A DNA stretch of 64,000 nucleotides from Eledone cirrhosa (lineage: Eukaryota): the NCBI GenBank assembly GCA_964016885.1, contig OZ024742.1, forward strand, positions 124,062,001 through 124,126,000, in the 5' to 3' direction. A program made the position numbers and the translations under genes. Position 1 is the first letter of the stretch, and each line of letters begins with the position of its first letter. This document shows, piece by piece, positions 1 to 15,378 of the stretch. The notes below the pieces were generated by a model. It had not been told where the DNA came from, made no database searches, and worked only from the letters and a program-made list of their open reading frames with translations.

Positions 1-28
1 ATACATACACACACGCATATACATACAC

Positions 29-1277
<1,249 letters not shown>

Positions 1278-1284
1278 TATATAT

Positions 1285-1597
1285 ATATGACTCCAGTTCC
1301 TCAGTGAATTAACAACCCAACAAGGAACTGGGCATATCAGAGTTTTGACAATATTATACACCTAAACAACATATGTACTTGTCTATACCATACTAATTCA
1401 AACTGCCTAAAGAGGACACAGCCAAAGATAGCTGTCACTGACATGTATATAGCAGTAATAAACGAAGGTAAATTTTAATCATTTGACTTTTATTTGACTT
1501 TATTTCACACTACTCTGGAGTAACCAAACCAACATGCGCACTTCGTCGAGTGCTCCATTCTGCATACTGAGGTGTTGGTATACAACCAACATAAACT

Positions 1598-1600
<3 letters not shown>
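1285..1600 (+). mobile_element. Non-coding repeat (PLE terminal-repeat-like) with degenerate HHR at 1402-1456; homolog inverted at 43018-43340
   Basis: Reverse complement matches 43018-43340 (caacatgcgcacttcgtcgagtgctcc / ggagcactcgacaaagtacgcagg). ACUGC-CUAAAGA...AUA-GCAGU is a damaged core. Confidence 0.6.
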
Positions 1601-1668
<68 letters not shown>

Positions 1669-1696
1669 TACATATAAATACACACACACATACATG

Positions 1697-1736
<40 letters not shown>

Positions 1737-1756
1737 TACATACATATATATATAGA

Positions 1757-2512
1757 GAGAGAATTAGTATATCTACCAACATATGTATACAGATGTATAC
1801 TCATGCTAGCAAATATATATGTTATGTCTTAGTACCTTTGTGGTTCTATGCAAGGGGATGCAGAACAATTATATGAAAGACGTAAAATAAGAAAATTTTA
1901 AAATTAACTTACTTACTAAAATGTTCACTCCAACTAATTAGTTTCTGTAAGGGAATAAATATAGTTACGCAACACAACTATAGAGAAATCCTTACGGGAG
2001 TCTATTATCAGCTAAGTTCCCAGGCAATGCGCGGACACTAGGACCCATATAAAAATAATAATTCAGTGGATGGAAAAAAGCAAGCGGGGACTAGATTCCA
2101 GGGCACTGAAAAAATTCACTGCCTACTTGGTCAGTGACAAATTCCAAAGAATCAATCACGTGACACTGAGGTTAATCGGTGAGGAGTGGAGTAGTGATAA
2201 GACAAGAGCCTAACTGCTACCATGAACCTTAATAGTAAATTTCGGCAAGTTTTGCTCAACAAATAATTTGGAGATAAATATAGAGAATTAGTATATCTAC
2301 CAACATATGTATACAGATGTATACTCATGCTAGCAAATATATATGTTATGTCTTAGTACCTTTGTGGTTCTGAGAATAGACTCCCTGATGACGTAACGAT
2401 TTCACTATAGTTGCGTTGCGTAACTATATTTATTCCCTTACAGAAACTAATTAATTGGAGTGAACATTTTAGTAAGTAAGTTAATTTTAAAATTTACTTA
2501 TTTTACGTCTTT

Positions 2513-2515
<3 letters not shown>
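1757..2515 (+). mobile_element. PLE-type module with layout A - B(inverted) - spacer - A - B between (TA)n tracts
   Basis: A = 1757-1846 repeated at 2282-2371; B = 2369-2515 is inverted at 1873-2011; B contains an HHR. Confidence 0.75.
2380..2461 (+). ncRNA. Type I hammerhead ribozyme with expanded stem II
   Basis: ACUCC-CUGAUGA-CGUAA(~40 nt)UUACA-GAAAC-UAAUUA-AUU-GGAGU. The inverted copy reads GUU at the cleavage triplet, giving palindromic stem III AACUAAUUAGUU. Confidence 0.6.
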
Positions 2516-2559
<44 letters not shown>

Positions 2560-2665
2560 ATAATAATATATTTAAAGGGTAAAATCGAAAGAGGGATAGA
2601 TAAGGATATATAAATATATATATATAAGAACCGTAGAGCAAATATTTATTAAAATAACAGATTAA

Positions 2666-2716
2666 AGTTTAAGCAAAGAATCGCTGCTTTCACCCTTAAC
2701 AGGATCTTCTGAAACT
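2666..2716 (-). ncRNA. Hammerhead-like motif with CAGAAGA core (family copy 1 of 3)
   Basis: AGUUU-CAGAAGA-UCCUGUUAAGGGU-GAAAGCAG-CGAUUCU-UUGCUU-AAACU; surrounding ~180-bp repeat recurs at ~50115-50290 and inverted at ~54455-54600. Confidence 0.55.
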
Positions 2717-2811
2717 AAGAAAGTCAATCTGTAAACGCAGAAGTGAATATTTCAGAAATACTTTGCAACCGGAGGAAGACAGGAAGACGATACTTTGGTT
2801 CGTGGAAACGT

Positions 2812-3072
2812 TCCCTGGCAAAGAACGGGAAAAAACGAATAATACGTCATTAATAGGAGCGGAGAAAAACAATTACGCGCAAAGACAGAACCACGTTTAT
2901 GGTATCAAAGAAGTCGTAGACTAATATTCTCGTAGGTGGTTCATAGAGACCTTCTCTGGCAATGAACGGAAAAAAACGAAGATAATACGTCATATGTGGA
3001 GCGTGGAGAACAATTGCACGCAAAGACAAAACCACGTAAATGGTATAACTGAAGTCGTAGACTAAAATTCTA
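2812..3072. repeat. Imperfect tandem duplication, period ~140 bp
   Basis: ctggcaa.gaacg.aaaaaacgaa.ataatacgtcat...gaagtcgtagactaa.attct at ~2814-2930 and ~2955-3072. Confidence 0.75.
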
Positions 3073-3633
3073 ACTAGCAAACCGAATGATTCTCCGCTTC
3101 AGAGTTAAGAATAAAGTAAATAAAATACAGAGGTAATTGAAATTAAATAAATACATACATGCATCCATATACGTACATACACAAGCATGCGCGAAAACAC
3201 TCGCCATATGTATACGAATACACGCACATATAAATATGTGTGTGTGCGTGTATACAAATAATTAAATAAACGTATATAAATAAATAAATACGTATATAAC
3301 GAGCGCACAGACCTACATCGTAAATACGTAAATGTTCGGAGACGACGTCAACCAAAACACGAAGTACACATATACACACACCCAACATACGTACGAACCC
3401 GCATACTCACACAGACGCAAAACTCTCGTATACAAATAACCAAAAGCATATGTACCAGAATATATAAAATATACGCCATAAGATATACAATCAAATATAT
3501 GTACGAGAAAGTATACGTACCTTCACAAAACATACAGGTAATATATACTTACCTATGCAAATAAGTAATGGTATAAACATAACATATACTTATCTACCAT
3601 ATCAAGGCGTAAAATATCCGCGTATAGACCGTA

Positions 3634-4095
3634 CTACCCGTTAGGGTATAATGTGTGGCTGTAATACAGGAAAGTTTTGTACAATTTATTTTTACAAGCC
3701 GAAATTGCCTCAGATCTTTTGTTTAAGATGAGGTCTGTGGCGTAGAGTATCTCCAGGGCCTCAGTGGTGCAGAGGTCACACGGTCTTTTATTTCCGTTAT
3801 ACGATCTAGCCCTAGCTAGGATCTCCCAGTGTAACTTATATTGGGTGTGGTTGTCTTTTAGACTCCGGATATAAGCTGAAGATGACGGCATAATCCTTCT
3901 TAGAGAGTAACGAAAAGAAGTAACGAAAGCATGTAAAGACGCTGCTTGAATCTATTGGCGGTTAACCCTATGTAGGCCCTACGGGACGTGGGTGTTTCAA
4001 CCTTACATTTGTAGACAATATTACTAGAGAGGCGTTTCGCGGATAGGGGGCAATCACGCCGATTCTTACAATTACAGTTAGTATTAACTACAGGG
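3634..4095 (-). pseudogene. Penelope-like element GIY-YIG endonuclease fragment (frameshifted)
   Basis: ORFs 3900..4196 and 3634..3891: CNCKNRRDCPL, NIVYKCKV, AYIGLTANRFKQR, WEILARARSY, CDLCTTEALEIL, LNKRSE. Confidence 0.9.
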
Positions 4096-4184
4096 TATAT
4101 ATACATATATACATATATACATATATACACATACTTATATACACATACATATATACACATGCATACATATACATATACACATAA

Positions 4185-4713
<529 letters not shown>

Positions 4714-4929
4714 CAAACATCACGAGCGCTCTATCTCAATATTATTTTTGAAAAGCATTAGAAATGCGCAACCGGTAAACATTTAAAACTAAAACTTAAA
4801 ACTAACCAATACTTATTACTAATTTTTATTTATTCCTAATTAAAATATTTTTCACTGGGAAAGATGTGTCCGTATTTTCTTTTCCTTTTACTAATATATA
4901 TACACACATATATATACATACATATATAC

Positions 4930-5008
<79 letters not shown>

Positions 5009-5409
5009 CATACATATTTATATATATATAGACATACACATACACATACATATATATATATATATACAAACATACACAAACATGCCCATATGCAGGTATA
5101 TATGAACGCACGTACGCACAGCGATATGGATACAAACGAACGGTCACTCATACAAAAAAAAAACATATACTCATAAATATACGCATATATACAGGCACAT
5201 AAAAACAGCTCTACAAGCAGAAAATGCAGATAGGTAAGAGGTACTTACATAACCATAGCGCCGTGTTTCAGGTTGAGTAGGGGTATGGGTGTGGTGGGGT
5301 GGGAAGGAGGTAGAGGGGCTATTCTGTCGGCTGGCGATTTAAAAGAAAAAAAAGGGGGAAGTCGTGTTTAGTCATCGGGCATTAACACTGGCTTAAATAA
5401 TTTGAAAGT

Positions 5410-5896
5410 TGCAAAGTTTTTGTGCATGCAGTTCCGGCAGTGTTCAGAGAGGTTGTTCAGTAGCGAGCCCTTGGCGAATAAAATGTCGTAGCTCTCTGAG
5501 ATACAAAGGTCGCAGCACTTGTGTCCTCCGTTGTATGAGCGCGCTTACTGGAGTATTTTCCATTTAAGCGTGAAGAGGGTGGAGTTCCTTTTGAGGTCCC
5601 AAAGATAGGGTGCGAGTGTTGTCTGATTAGATTTGTCCGTTCCTCTGAAGGAGTGGGTATGGGAATACCACCGAGTCTTAAAGTTATTGGAAGTCCTGCC
5701 GATGTAAGTATTTTTGTTGTTGCAATCATCGGTGCCTGAGATGACATCGCATTCGTATACGATATCATTTGTCAGGCATTTGTTTTCAAGTGGGCAGGCT
5801 TCCTTATTTAGGCAATTACACAAGGCCCCAGTCCGGGGATTGGGTTCGGAGGTGATTGGCTTATTTAATTTTTTAGAATTGTGATTGGCTCTATTC

Positions 5897-5898
<2 letters not shown>
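5410..5898 (-). pseudogene. Penelope-like element GIY-YIG endonuclease fragment
   Basis: ORF 5545..5970: CNCLNKEACPLENKC, DIVYECDV, YIGRTSNNFKTRWYSHTHSF, TTLAPYLWDLK, LKWKIL. Confidence 0.9.
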
Positions 5899-5958
<60 letters not shown>

Positions 5959-7410
5959 GCACTCAATCATTTAAACCTACGTATCAATATATGTCACTGT
6001 CGTAACTGATTATGCCTAACTGGTCCTACGGATTGAGTGCTCTAAAATTTGCCTTAAACTGATGCTGATAATGTTCAATGTATCACCTATAGACAAAGTC
6101 CAATAACTAACACTAGTATTAACTGGGAAGATGTTAGTTTGTTTAATTTGAATGTACTTAGAAATTTCCCATTCCAGCCAATGATATATTCATTTGTATA
6201 ATGTACTCAAACCAAGAATCATACATAGAACTGACAATAGGCAATGTGTCATTTAAAGAGATGTAGCAATACAATGAGGACATTAAATATTAAAAATAAC
6301 GATAACAGGCTTTATTATTCCGGGAACAAATCCCTATGTTTAAAGAGCATTACGTAAACTTCTTCGGGGCAGGGAGTCCTTGTTGTTCTCATGCCTGCGT
6401 TTTTGTGTTGAGTTTTTCTCATATTGTTTTCTTTTCTTTCTGGGAGATATATTTTAATTTTTCTTAAATACATCTTAGTGTAAGTAGTTGCTTTAATTGA
6501 ATCCTGTGTCTAATCAATACAATTTTCCCAACGTATATTGCAGTGTGTATGTGTATTTAATGTTGTTAATAATACTGTCTGGAACTTAAGGGACAAAATT
6601 TAATTCACTTATTATATCATCTACTCCGATCCAATGTAAACCTTTAGAAAACTAGGTACAGTATTTACAACTTGGCACATATAGAAAATCAATTTTATAT
6701 GCATAGAGAGAATGAGATGGAGATGAAAAAAAAACAAAAACATTTACAGCCTCCCACACACAGACACACAGAGATAGACGCTGAAAATTGTCAGGAGCGT
6801 TGCTTCTTTCACCGTGATTAAACATTGCTAACAAAGCTCTGACGTAAAACTTAATGACGAAAAGTTTAATATAAAACTACCAATCTGTGCTTATTGAACC
6901 ACTTATTGCCAAGGTAATTATAGGTCTCAGTAACATTCTTTGACAAAATATTCACTGGAAGTAATGTTACTTTCAAATATCTATTTGCGCTGGGGCGGTT
7001 TATAATATAGAGTTTTTGTTTTGTTATGGTAAATTATATTCAGGTTATATTACATAAGGAAAGTAAGATGCAAAATCAGAAATTCTAGAGGAGTACACAC
7101 ATACTTCATTTCCTTATAACTAAAAGAAGAAAAGCACACCCAGACTACTGAATCTTTCACCTTCAGAGATTGCTATATCTTGTAAGTCTCTAGATTGCCC
7201 CAAAACAAACTCTATTCAAATAGCTTAGACATTTTTAAAATGGACATCGTCCTTAACACTTGCAGTGAAATGTATCGATAATGATTATGATAACTAGGAA
7301 ACACAATTACTTCGAATATTGTATCGACTAATAATATCATGAATGATCTAGATTTACCTGCACCAATTACTATATACACAATCCATCTCTTTTGTTGCTA
7401 GTGAAGTCAA

Positions 7411-7600
7411 TAATTGTTTCTACTTTTGGCACAAGGCCAGCAATTACCTAGTACATTACTGGTACTTTATTTTATCGACCCCGTAAGGATGAAAGGCAAA
7501 GTTAACCTCGGCGGGATTTGAACACAGACCGTAAAGGGACGTAACTATGCTGGAAAGCATGGCGTACGACTCTCTACTGATACTGCCAATCCACCCCCTT
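7411..7600 (-). mobile_element. tRNA-derived SINE family A, full length, 18-bp TSD
   Basis: Reverse complement has A-box TGGCAGTATCAG and B-box GTTCAAATCC; gctagtgaagtcaataat duplicated at 7397-7414 and 7605-7622. Confidence 0.9.
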
Positions 7601-8021
7601 CACCGCTAGTGAAGTCAATAATGGGTATTCGAACATACTGCCTGTAAAATCAAATATGTTGATAGCATTTTCTTGGAGTATTCGAATGATTATGTTTACC
7701 TCATATACATAGAAAATGGAAGTTTAATATTTTAAGAATGTTCGATTAATATAATAGTTTAAGGGAAGGTATTTTGTCTTCCTATTATATTCTCTTTTCT
7801 AATGGTTAAAAATCAATAAATTATGATGGAAATTGATAACAATTTTAGGAGAGTATGTAAACTGTATAACATGTATTCCATCCGACCAATGGTTTACTAT
7901 CATGTACGGATCATCACTCATTCGATACAAAGTGTAAGCTGTATTTGCATATATATTTATTTGTATAGACATAATAACTCTCCTAATCTATCTGGCAAAT
8001 AGCTCACATTATTTACATTAT

Positions 8022-8213
8022 GGTGGTAGATTGGCAGTATCGGTAGAGGGTGGGACGCCATGCTTTGACGCATAGAGTTACGCCCCTTGCCATTCAGAGT
8101 TCAAATCCCGCCGGGGTTAACTTTGCCTTTCATCCTTACGGGGTCGATAAAATAAAGTACCAGTAATGCACTGGGTAATTACTGGCCTTGTGCCAAAAGT
8201 AGAAACAATTATT
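8022..8213 (+). mobile_element. tRNA-derived SINE family A, full length, 12-bp TSD
   Basis: A-box tggcagtatcgg, B-box gagttcaaatcc, body ctttgcctttcatccttacggggtcgataaaataaagtaccag; attatttacatt at 8008-8019 and 8208-8219. Confidence 0.9.
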
Positions 8214-8651
8214 TACATTCAGGACTTATATTCATATAACTATTCCATCGTCAAATAAACCGATCATATATCGCATACCGTTATTTTATGAATAATATCA
8301 AGAACAGACTATTTTAATTGGCAGTCCACATAGCAAGCCACTATTTTCGTATGGAAGATGCTTCTAAATATAAAGTTGAAGAGAAATGTCTAAGGGTTTA
8401 GTGGAGGTTTGGACGCTTATCAACGACCACCGGCTAATGAAGCAAGTATAGAGCTGTAAATGTTTTCTCAGAAAACCTAGAAATGAATGATTTTCCGAAA
8501 ATAAAGCAAGATTCAGAACGGTTACATTTCCAAACCCATTGTAAATGAAGATACAAAAACATGCCGATTCCAACGAAGTGAAGAATAATATACTAAAAAC
8601 ATGGTAAATATAAACTATAGTAAATTCCTTAATAACATTTTGTATATATAT

Positions 8652-8682
<31 letters not shown>

Positions 8683-8687
8683 AATAA

Positions 8688-8906
<219 letters not shown>

Positions 8907-10411
8907 ATGAAAATAGAAATATTGGCAAATACTGTGTAAAAGAAATATAATAAAATACGAATACAAACGCCAAATTAGGGTCCAGTCAAAGGATCTTTAC
9001 TATGTATTAGAAAACGAATATTACGAAGAAATAACTACTCAACCAATTCTACCATATATTCCTTGAAAATGAATGTCTGTAAAAGACGGCGACTTCAGAG
9101 TGGAAATTCCGAAGTAAAATCAATAATGTAAGGCTCCAAAAAATTAGGTAAATTCAGAATTTCACTAAAATATTCACAGAAGAATATTCCAGTTTACGTT
9201 GCAGACCATATCGTAACATACTGTAAACATTCAAAAGGTTTATTGTATTGATATGATACCAATAATCTGGCTAGTAACTGCACATTATGTACAAACAAAT
9301 GCCACCGATTTCATGAGAGAAACAATGCCAAGAACAACGTAGAACAAAGACTAGATTCATTCGTTGAAATGAAGACTGCTGCACGAAAAGCTATATATAA
9401 ATGACCTATCAAAGAAGTAAATAATATTCATGTCAATATATTCTTACATAGTATTTTCTCGGTAAAATAAGGGCATTGCTTAGATATTCTTAAGGATACC
9501 CTTTGCAGCTGTCGATCACAAACATTAGATTACTTATCAGAAAAAGTGCTCTGACATTCACAGCAGAATGGCTTTAGATAAGTGTTATTAGAAAGCCACA
9601 TACGAGGATATAATAGCTGAGAAAATAAAGACGTTTTTATCGTGATGAATAAAGCATCTAAAAGAAATAACGGAATATCATGTCTAGTTTGGATGATGTC
9701 AAGTGAAACCAAAAACATTGCGTTTTATCATTTTGCAGCTAATGTTGTGAGATTGAGATGGAATGATAATGTTATTGATTTCTCAAACTGCGTCTTATAT
9801 ACACATTTATAGCCAATCCCATCAACCCCACGACATGACAGTATGTATTTTATTAGAATGGCGCAAAGGAACGCAGCTGCAAATTTGACATATATCTATA
9901 AGCTTATTGATTGTGCTATTTCATTTACAACAGGAACAGCCATTGAGATGTAATTAGAATGTACCATTAGCGAAATGTATAACAATTACCAAATTCTTAG
10001 ATAAAAACATTTCGTACAAGATGCGGTGGGTACATTTACAGGTCATCCGACTTAAATAAATCATAGTAGTTCATACAGTTACGCAGTCAACCCATAGAGT
10101 AAATATACCATATATGTTTGGTGACATAATGTAAAGTTACCCCTCAACTACTTACAGGTATACGACATTAACTAATGTTACCTATAAATGCAAGGACAAT
10201 ACAGATGATGCTTCTTTTCAAATAATTAACATGAAATTTTAAAATATACCGATGTGATAAATCAGCCAACATAACTTAAATATAAGAACGTATTTAATTG
10301 TGTATATAAATAGAATATTCAATCACTGTATTATTGGGAGATTGCAGAATCAGTCGAATGTTTGACAAAATACTTACTGTCGTCTCGTTTACATGTTGTG
10401 TTCTAAAACAC

Positions 10412-10466
10412 AGGAGGCGCGTGGCCTAGTGGTAAGAGTGTTGGTCTTACGATCATAAAAACGCGG
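10412..10466 (+). mobile_element. tRNA-derived SINE family B head fragment
   Basis: ggaggcgcgtggcctagtggtaagagtgttgg matches the head of the 36531-36804 element. Confidence 0.6.
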
Positions 10467-11189
10467 AAATGCCATGTCTTTCGAGATAGAAATTAGGTAT
10501 TTAGATGTGTATGTTCAAATGAAATAGAATTTGAGCGTCATTTGTCTAGAAAATATGAGTCTATAAATTTAAATAATTAATACAAATCCCAAGGACTGTG
10601 GTTTCGCAAATATTATTCCAAAATGGCACCTGTAAATAAATCTGCAGTGAGATCGCTAATAAGCTCTCTTGACACATTCTAGAGTTTACGAAACTCATTA
10701 GGTGAATACATTTTAACGATTATCAAATAAGTATCTGAATGAATATTACTAGTTAGGAAACAGCAAAGGATGAAGCCTTTCAATCATAAATATATATCAA
10801 AAATTGAAGGTAAACACAATGAGCTATGGTGTTGAGAAATAAATAGGAAATAGATATCAGTATAGTGCAATTAGTTTAATTGTAGATTTATGCAATGCTA
10901 TATATTTGTATAGGGCTATTAGTTTAATGAAAGAAACGCATATCTTCTATTTTATCATACGTCTCTAATGATATGTCATAATAGAAATATAATTTCCGGT
11001 TTATGGAGTCACAAATGCTGTCATGCTTAGAGATGCATTCTCTATTGGATAAGATGGTATTGCCAGAGAAAGCGTGGTTAATTGTTTATTCACAACCACA
11101 ATCTATTCTGCAGTTATTTAATGTACTCTATATGGTTATATGCATTTGAAAGTTTCTCCTGATATAGATATGAGTTTATATGAAAATAA

Positions 11190-12276
11190 GGCATATGACA
11201 GCAGGCATCCTGAACTACTGTGCAGGGTTCTGCTGGATAATGAGATCGTGATGATCAGGTTCTTGCTGCCCTGAGCCCTCTATACGAATGCCCGAGTATT
11301 TGTGATCGGATAAATAGAGGTAAAGCAAAACTATTCGATATTTGAGTCGGACTCCGCAAAAGGTGCATATTGTCACCTTTCCTATACATTATTTTCCTGG
11401 TCAGGATTGACATACGCAGTCAGGTTGGAAATGATATAATGACTGGCGCCAATATAATCAGTCGGTGGAATTTGCAGATGAAATGGCGATGCTTAACTCG
11501 ACAGAAGGTGATCTCCGATTTGCAGATGATTGATCCAGAGTGCTGCATGCCTCGCATGAAAATCAGTGCTTCGAAAACTGAGACACTAATCCTCTTAAGG
11601 AAGCCTATGTAATGCACTCTTCATATGTATGGAGTTCCACTGAATTAGTTACAGAGGTTCAAGTATTTGGGACCCTGTTCACAAATGATGGAAGGAAGGA
11701 GATTGAATTAAGTGCAATATTTGCAGGAACTGGTGCAGTAATGCGCCAGTTTCAGCCTTCAGTAATCACAAAAAGGAAGGTAGGTGTAAACGCCAAACTC
11801 ACGAACTTCAATTCAGTATTCGTGCCAACCCTTACCTATGGTCATGCATCTTGAGTTATGACCGAAAGAATAGAGACCTGAATACAAGCGGTGGAAATGG
11901 GGTTCCTCCGAAGGGTATTTGAACTAACGTCACTCGATAGAATGCATTGCTCGGAGATCAGAGAGTCACTTCAGTTAGAGTTGTTACTTCTTCTATTTGA
12001 AATGATAAACTATCTGATAATATAGGCATGTGGTTAGAATGTCTCTGGAGAGATTCGCTGGACAGATGTTACGGGCAAATCCAATAGACAGAAGACTCAA
12101 AGGTAGACCCCCTAGCAAGACGGTTGGATAACATTCTTGACCTTGGCTGGTCTCGCTTGGATCCAGCCGGATCAGTTGCAGAAAGCCGATTATGACAGGT
12201 TCTGCGGGAATGAATGTTTGAAGACTCTGCCCTAACGACCCACTTAAGAATAAGTGGGCGAATAAGAAGATGAAGC
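11190..12276 (+). mobile_element. Decayed RTE-clade LINE (RT and 3' end)
   Basis: Across frames: GLRKRCILSPFLY, MKISASKTETL, PTLTYGHAS, IQAVEMGFLRRV; many stops and frameshifts. Confidence 0.8.
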
Positions 12277-12699
12277 TCCTTCGATCGCAGCCTACGTACC
12301 CAGTACTGGCATGTTTCTTCGTCTATTTCTATCCAATTCATGTTTTCTAGATATCGGCTATTAAGTGTATCGCTTTATTCCTATCGGTTTAGCACTACAA
12401 GCATCGTGTTTAGATTAATATTTAGAAGTTTCCCACAATATCTTGTTCGTTCTCATTTCTCCACACAGCTGCTGTTGTTTCGCTCAATGTCATGTATTTG
12501 TTGTCTTTCCTAAAATAAGATATAGTTTTATTTTCTATATATTTATATAAACAATCCGTTTTTCTGCAGTCCAGGAGATGATAATTCATATTAGTTCCTT
12601 CTAATTGTATGTATTCCTTGCAAATATAATCTTTCTATAACGGATTTTCAGTGAGGCAACGTAAACATAATCACCGATTTAGATTGCATTCCATTTTAC

Positions 12700-13380
12700 A
12701 ATCATCATCATCATGCTGAGTTTTCTCGGACAATGATGGAGACTATACATATTCACTTGTTGCTCTCCATATTGGCTTCCGCGAGTTCATTATTTCTCAG
12801 ATTTGTATCTTTACAAATCTGCTCCAGAAACGTAGCATGAGCAGACCACTTGTTACTTGTTATTTTACCATGTGTATGTTCCTGTCTCTGTTCGATCTTT
12901 TTGCCATATGTGACCTATGAGATGGGGTCTTCTAGCTTTTATGATGTCTGTAACTGTTCTCAGGTAACCGTATGAAAACCCGTTTGTTCTGTACTCTATC
13001 TAATATACATTTTTGTACTTTCCTCAGTAGTTTCATGTGTGCCTTCAAACCGTCTTTCCATCTCTTTTGTTGGTGTACAGAACTCCGCCCCATACACAAG
13101 TACACTTTCATCTGTTGATCCAAAGAGCTTAGAATTTAATTTGTATTACATGCTTAATTTTTAATTGCCGTACATTTTGTTTACAACTGACCAAGTTACG
13201 TTAATTCTAGTGCTCATATATTTATCTGAGTTTACAATATCTATAACATATAACAGGATAATTATGATTATCAACTTAGAGCTTTATTTCTTTCAATTTT
13301 ATGCTATATTTGAAAGTTTTTCTGGCATTTCTGTACGGTACTCAGTTCTTCTGTACTTGAGTAGTTTCTTTTAAAGAGCG
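12700..13380 (-). mobile_element. Highly decayed RTE-like LINE 3' fragment
   Basis: Minus strand has remnants of the RTE LYG..WT region near 13050-13110 and a (GAT)n tail at ~12701-12712. Confidence 0.45.
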
Positions 13381-14639
13381 ACTTTTATTTTTCTTACTCA
13401 TACAATTAATTAATTTTCAAGTATTAACTGTCAGAAAATATTAGCTTTTATTTAAATATATACCTGATGTTACCCTAGTACGGTGAAATATATGAGACTA
13501 CCTATAGTATAATGAAGAAGTATAAATCAAAATAACGATTTCAATGAAAAAATATATATGATGGCAAATATATATAAAGGCAAAAAATATATAACACTAA
13601 ATAGGAATTACTTGTAAATAGTCCATTGTCTTTACAATTGTTTCTAGTTAATTATAAATAATTTGTGTAAAATATGTCATCATTCATATTTAACACATAT
13701 TCTAGTGTTTTCCTGTAGTGGCTACACTAAAGACCGGCAATCCCTTGTTAGAAATATTGGAACATGCGATTCTCCTTGGAATATTATTCAACTGGTTGAG
13801 ACTATGACAGTTTTACAATTCATTGTATATATCAGTGTACGTCTTTGCAATTGTCTCGTGATGTGTTTAATGTATCAGCATATAATTTATGCCAGCTTAT
13901 TCATCTCTAATATGTTCACGATCTATTTATGGATTAATAGGGCCATAATTATCAAAGTATTCACTCCAAGCCAAACACAGATCATTCTTTCTCACATTAG
14001 ACCCCTCCTTTACGACATTATAAAACATCACGTTAACATACTCCTATCAATTATCATATTAAATTTATCTGCAAATGACTGGAATAAACAAATAATGTAG
14101 GGGTTATTGGAGCCTTGCAGAAGCTGTCAAAATCTAGGAGATGTAATTGTTTGGAAAATGAATTGATTTACGTAAATGCTTCGGAGCAGCTGGAATTCAA
14201 GAAGGTGATTTCAGCTTGCCAAAGATCTCACACATATATATGTCAGGTAGTCCAGATATTAATGCAGCTTTTAAAACATTAAAACGATGTAATATTTCTG
14301 CGGACCACAACACAGACACCATATTATTCTTTTGGTCTCTCTTTGGTATGGGTAATGGCTAGAAGTTATATTCCGTTACAACAGTGGTGAACATTGTCAG
14401 CTGATTTTTCGCAGAATACAGTGTGATACTACCCCACAAAAGTTTAGGCGAGGGGGCTCACAACTCTGATTTTTCTTGTTTCCTTTCAATTGTCGAGGCA
14501 ACCATTTTCAAGCGTCTTCAACTTTGAAATTCAATTTAAATGTTCAAACAATTGCCTAATACTTACATCTAGCTCTCCTGGAAGATTTCGAACAGTCTTG
14601 CAAAGATTTGTTTTTCTCCAAATGCTTTGTATTCATCAT

Positions 14640-14860
14640 TGTCAGTGGAAGAAAGACACCTGAGAACTTTCAAACTTCCTTCTTTTCAAAAGAGACTTCA
14701 CTATTACAGAATTGGTTAAATGAACGTTGTACACTGCTTTTTTACCATTCCCATGGCTCAAAACTTCGTTGATATTTCTAGCTGTTCTTACTGAGCTCTG
14801 ATCGACTTTAACCCCAGAGAAACAAATTTGGCGAAAATCCACTTTTGACATCTTAAATTC
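14640..14860 (-). pseudogene. Tc1/mariner transposase N-terminal (HTH) remnant
   Basis: MSKVDFRQICFSGVKVDQSSVRTARNINEVLSHG resembles the mariner N-terminal ETARNINEV.G.G motif. Confidence 0.6.
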
Positions 14861-14911
14861 AAAATTGCAAACTTTGACAAAAATATAATCTAAATTATAA
14901 TAAAGGAAGGT

Positions 14912-15378
14912 CTGCGGGATTGCGAACGGTTTATTTTTTTTTATCGCGTTTGTAAAATAAGTTGGATTAATTTGAATAAATAATTAATGAATATTACATA
15001 ATGTATGTACTCAATTTCGTAAACAAAAATAATTTCGTAAAAATAAATAATTTCAAACTGACTTCGTATCGAAGTTGCACTTGCGGTATATCGTCGCCAC
15101 TACCACTACTTCAACTACCATATATATAGAAAGAGAGAGTTTGTGTTGAGAGAGTTAGAGAGATTATGATTTTCTACACCTGACACGTATGAGTGTGCAC
15201 ATACATACATCCACATGTTTGAGTATATAACTATTATGAGTATATCTAAACTATAATGATGTAAGAAGTGCGGGACTCCGTGCGGTTTATAATTTGTTAT
15301 CCCCTTAGTTAAATAAGTTGGATTACTTTGAATAAATGATGAATGAATATCACATAATTTATCTACTAAATTTCGTGG
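14912..15378. repeat. Diverged ~110-bp direct repeat
   Basis: tgcggga...aaataagttggatta.tttgaataaat...aatttcgt at ~14913-15020 and ~15270-15377. Confidence 0.65.
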
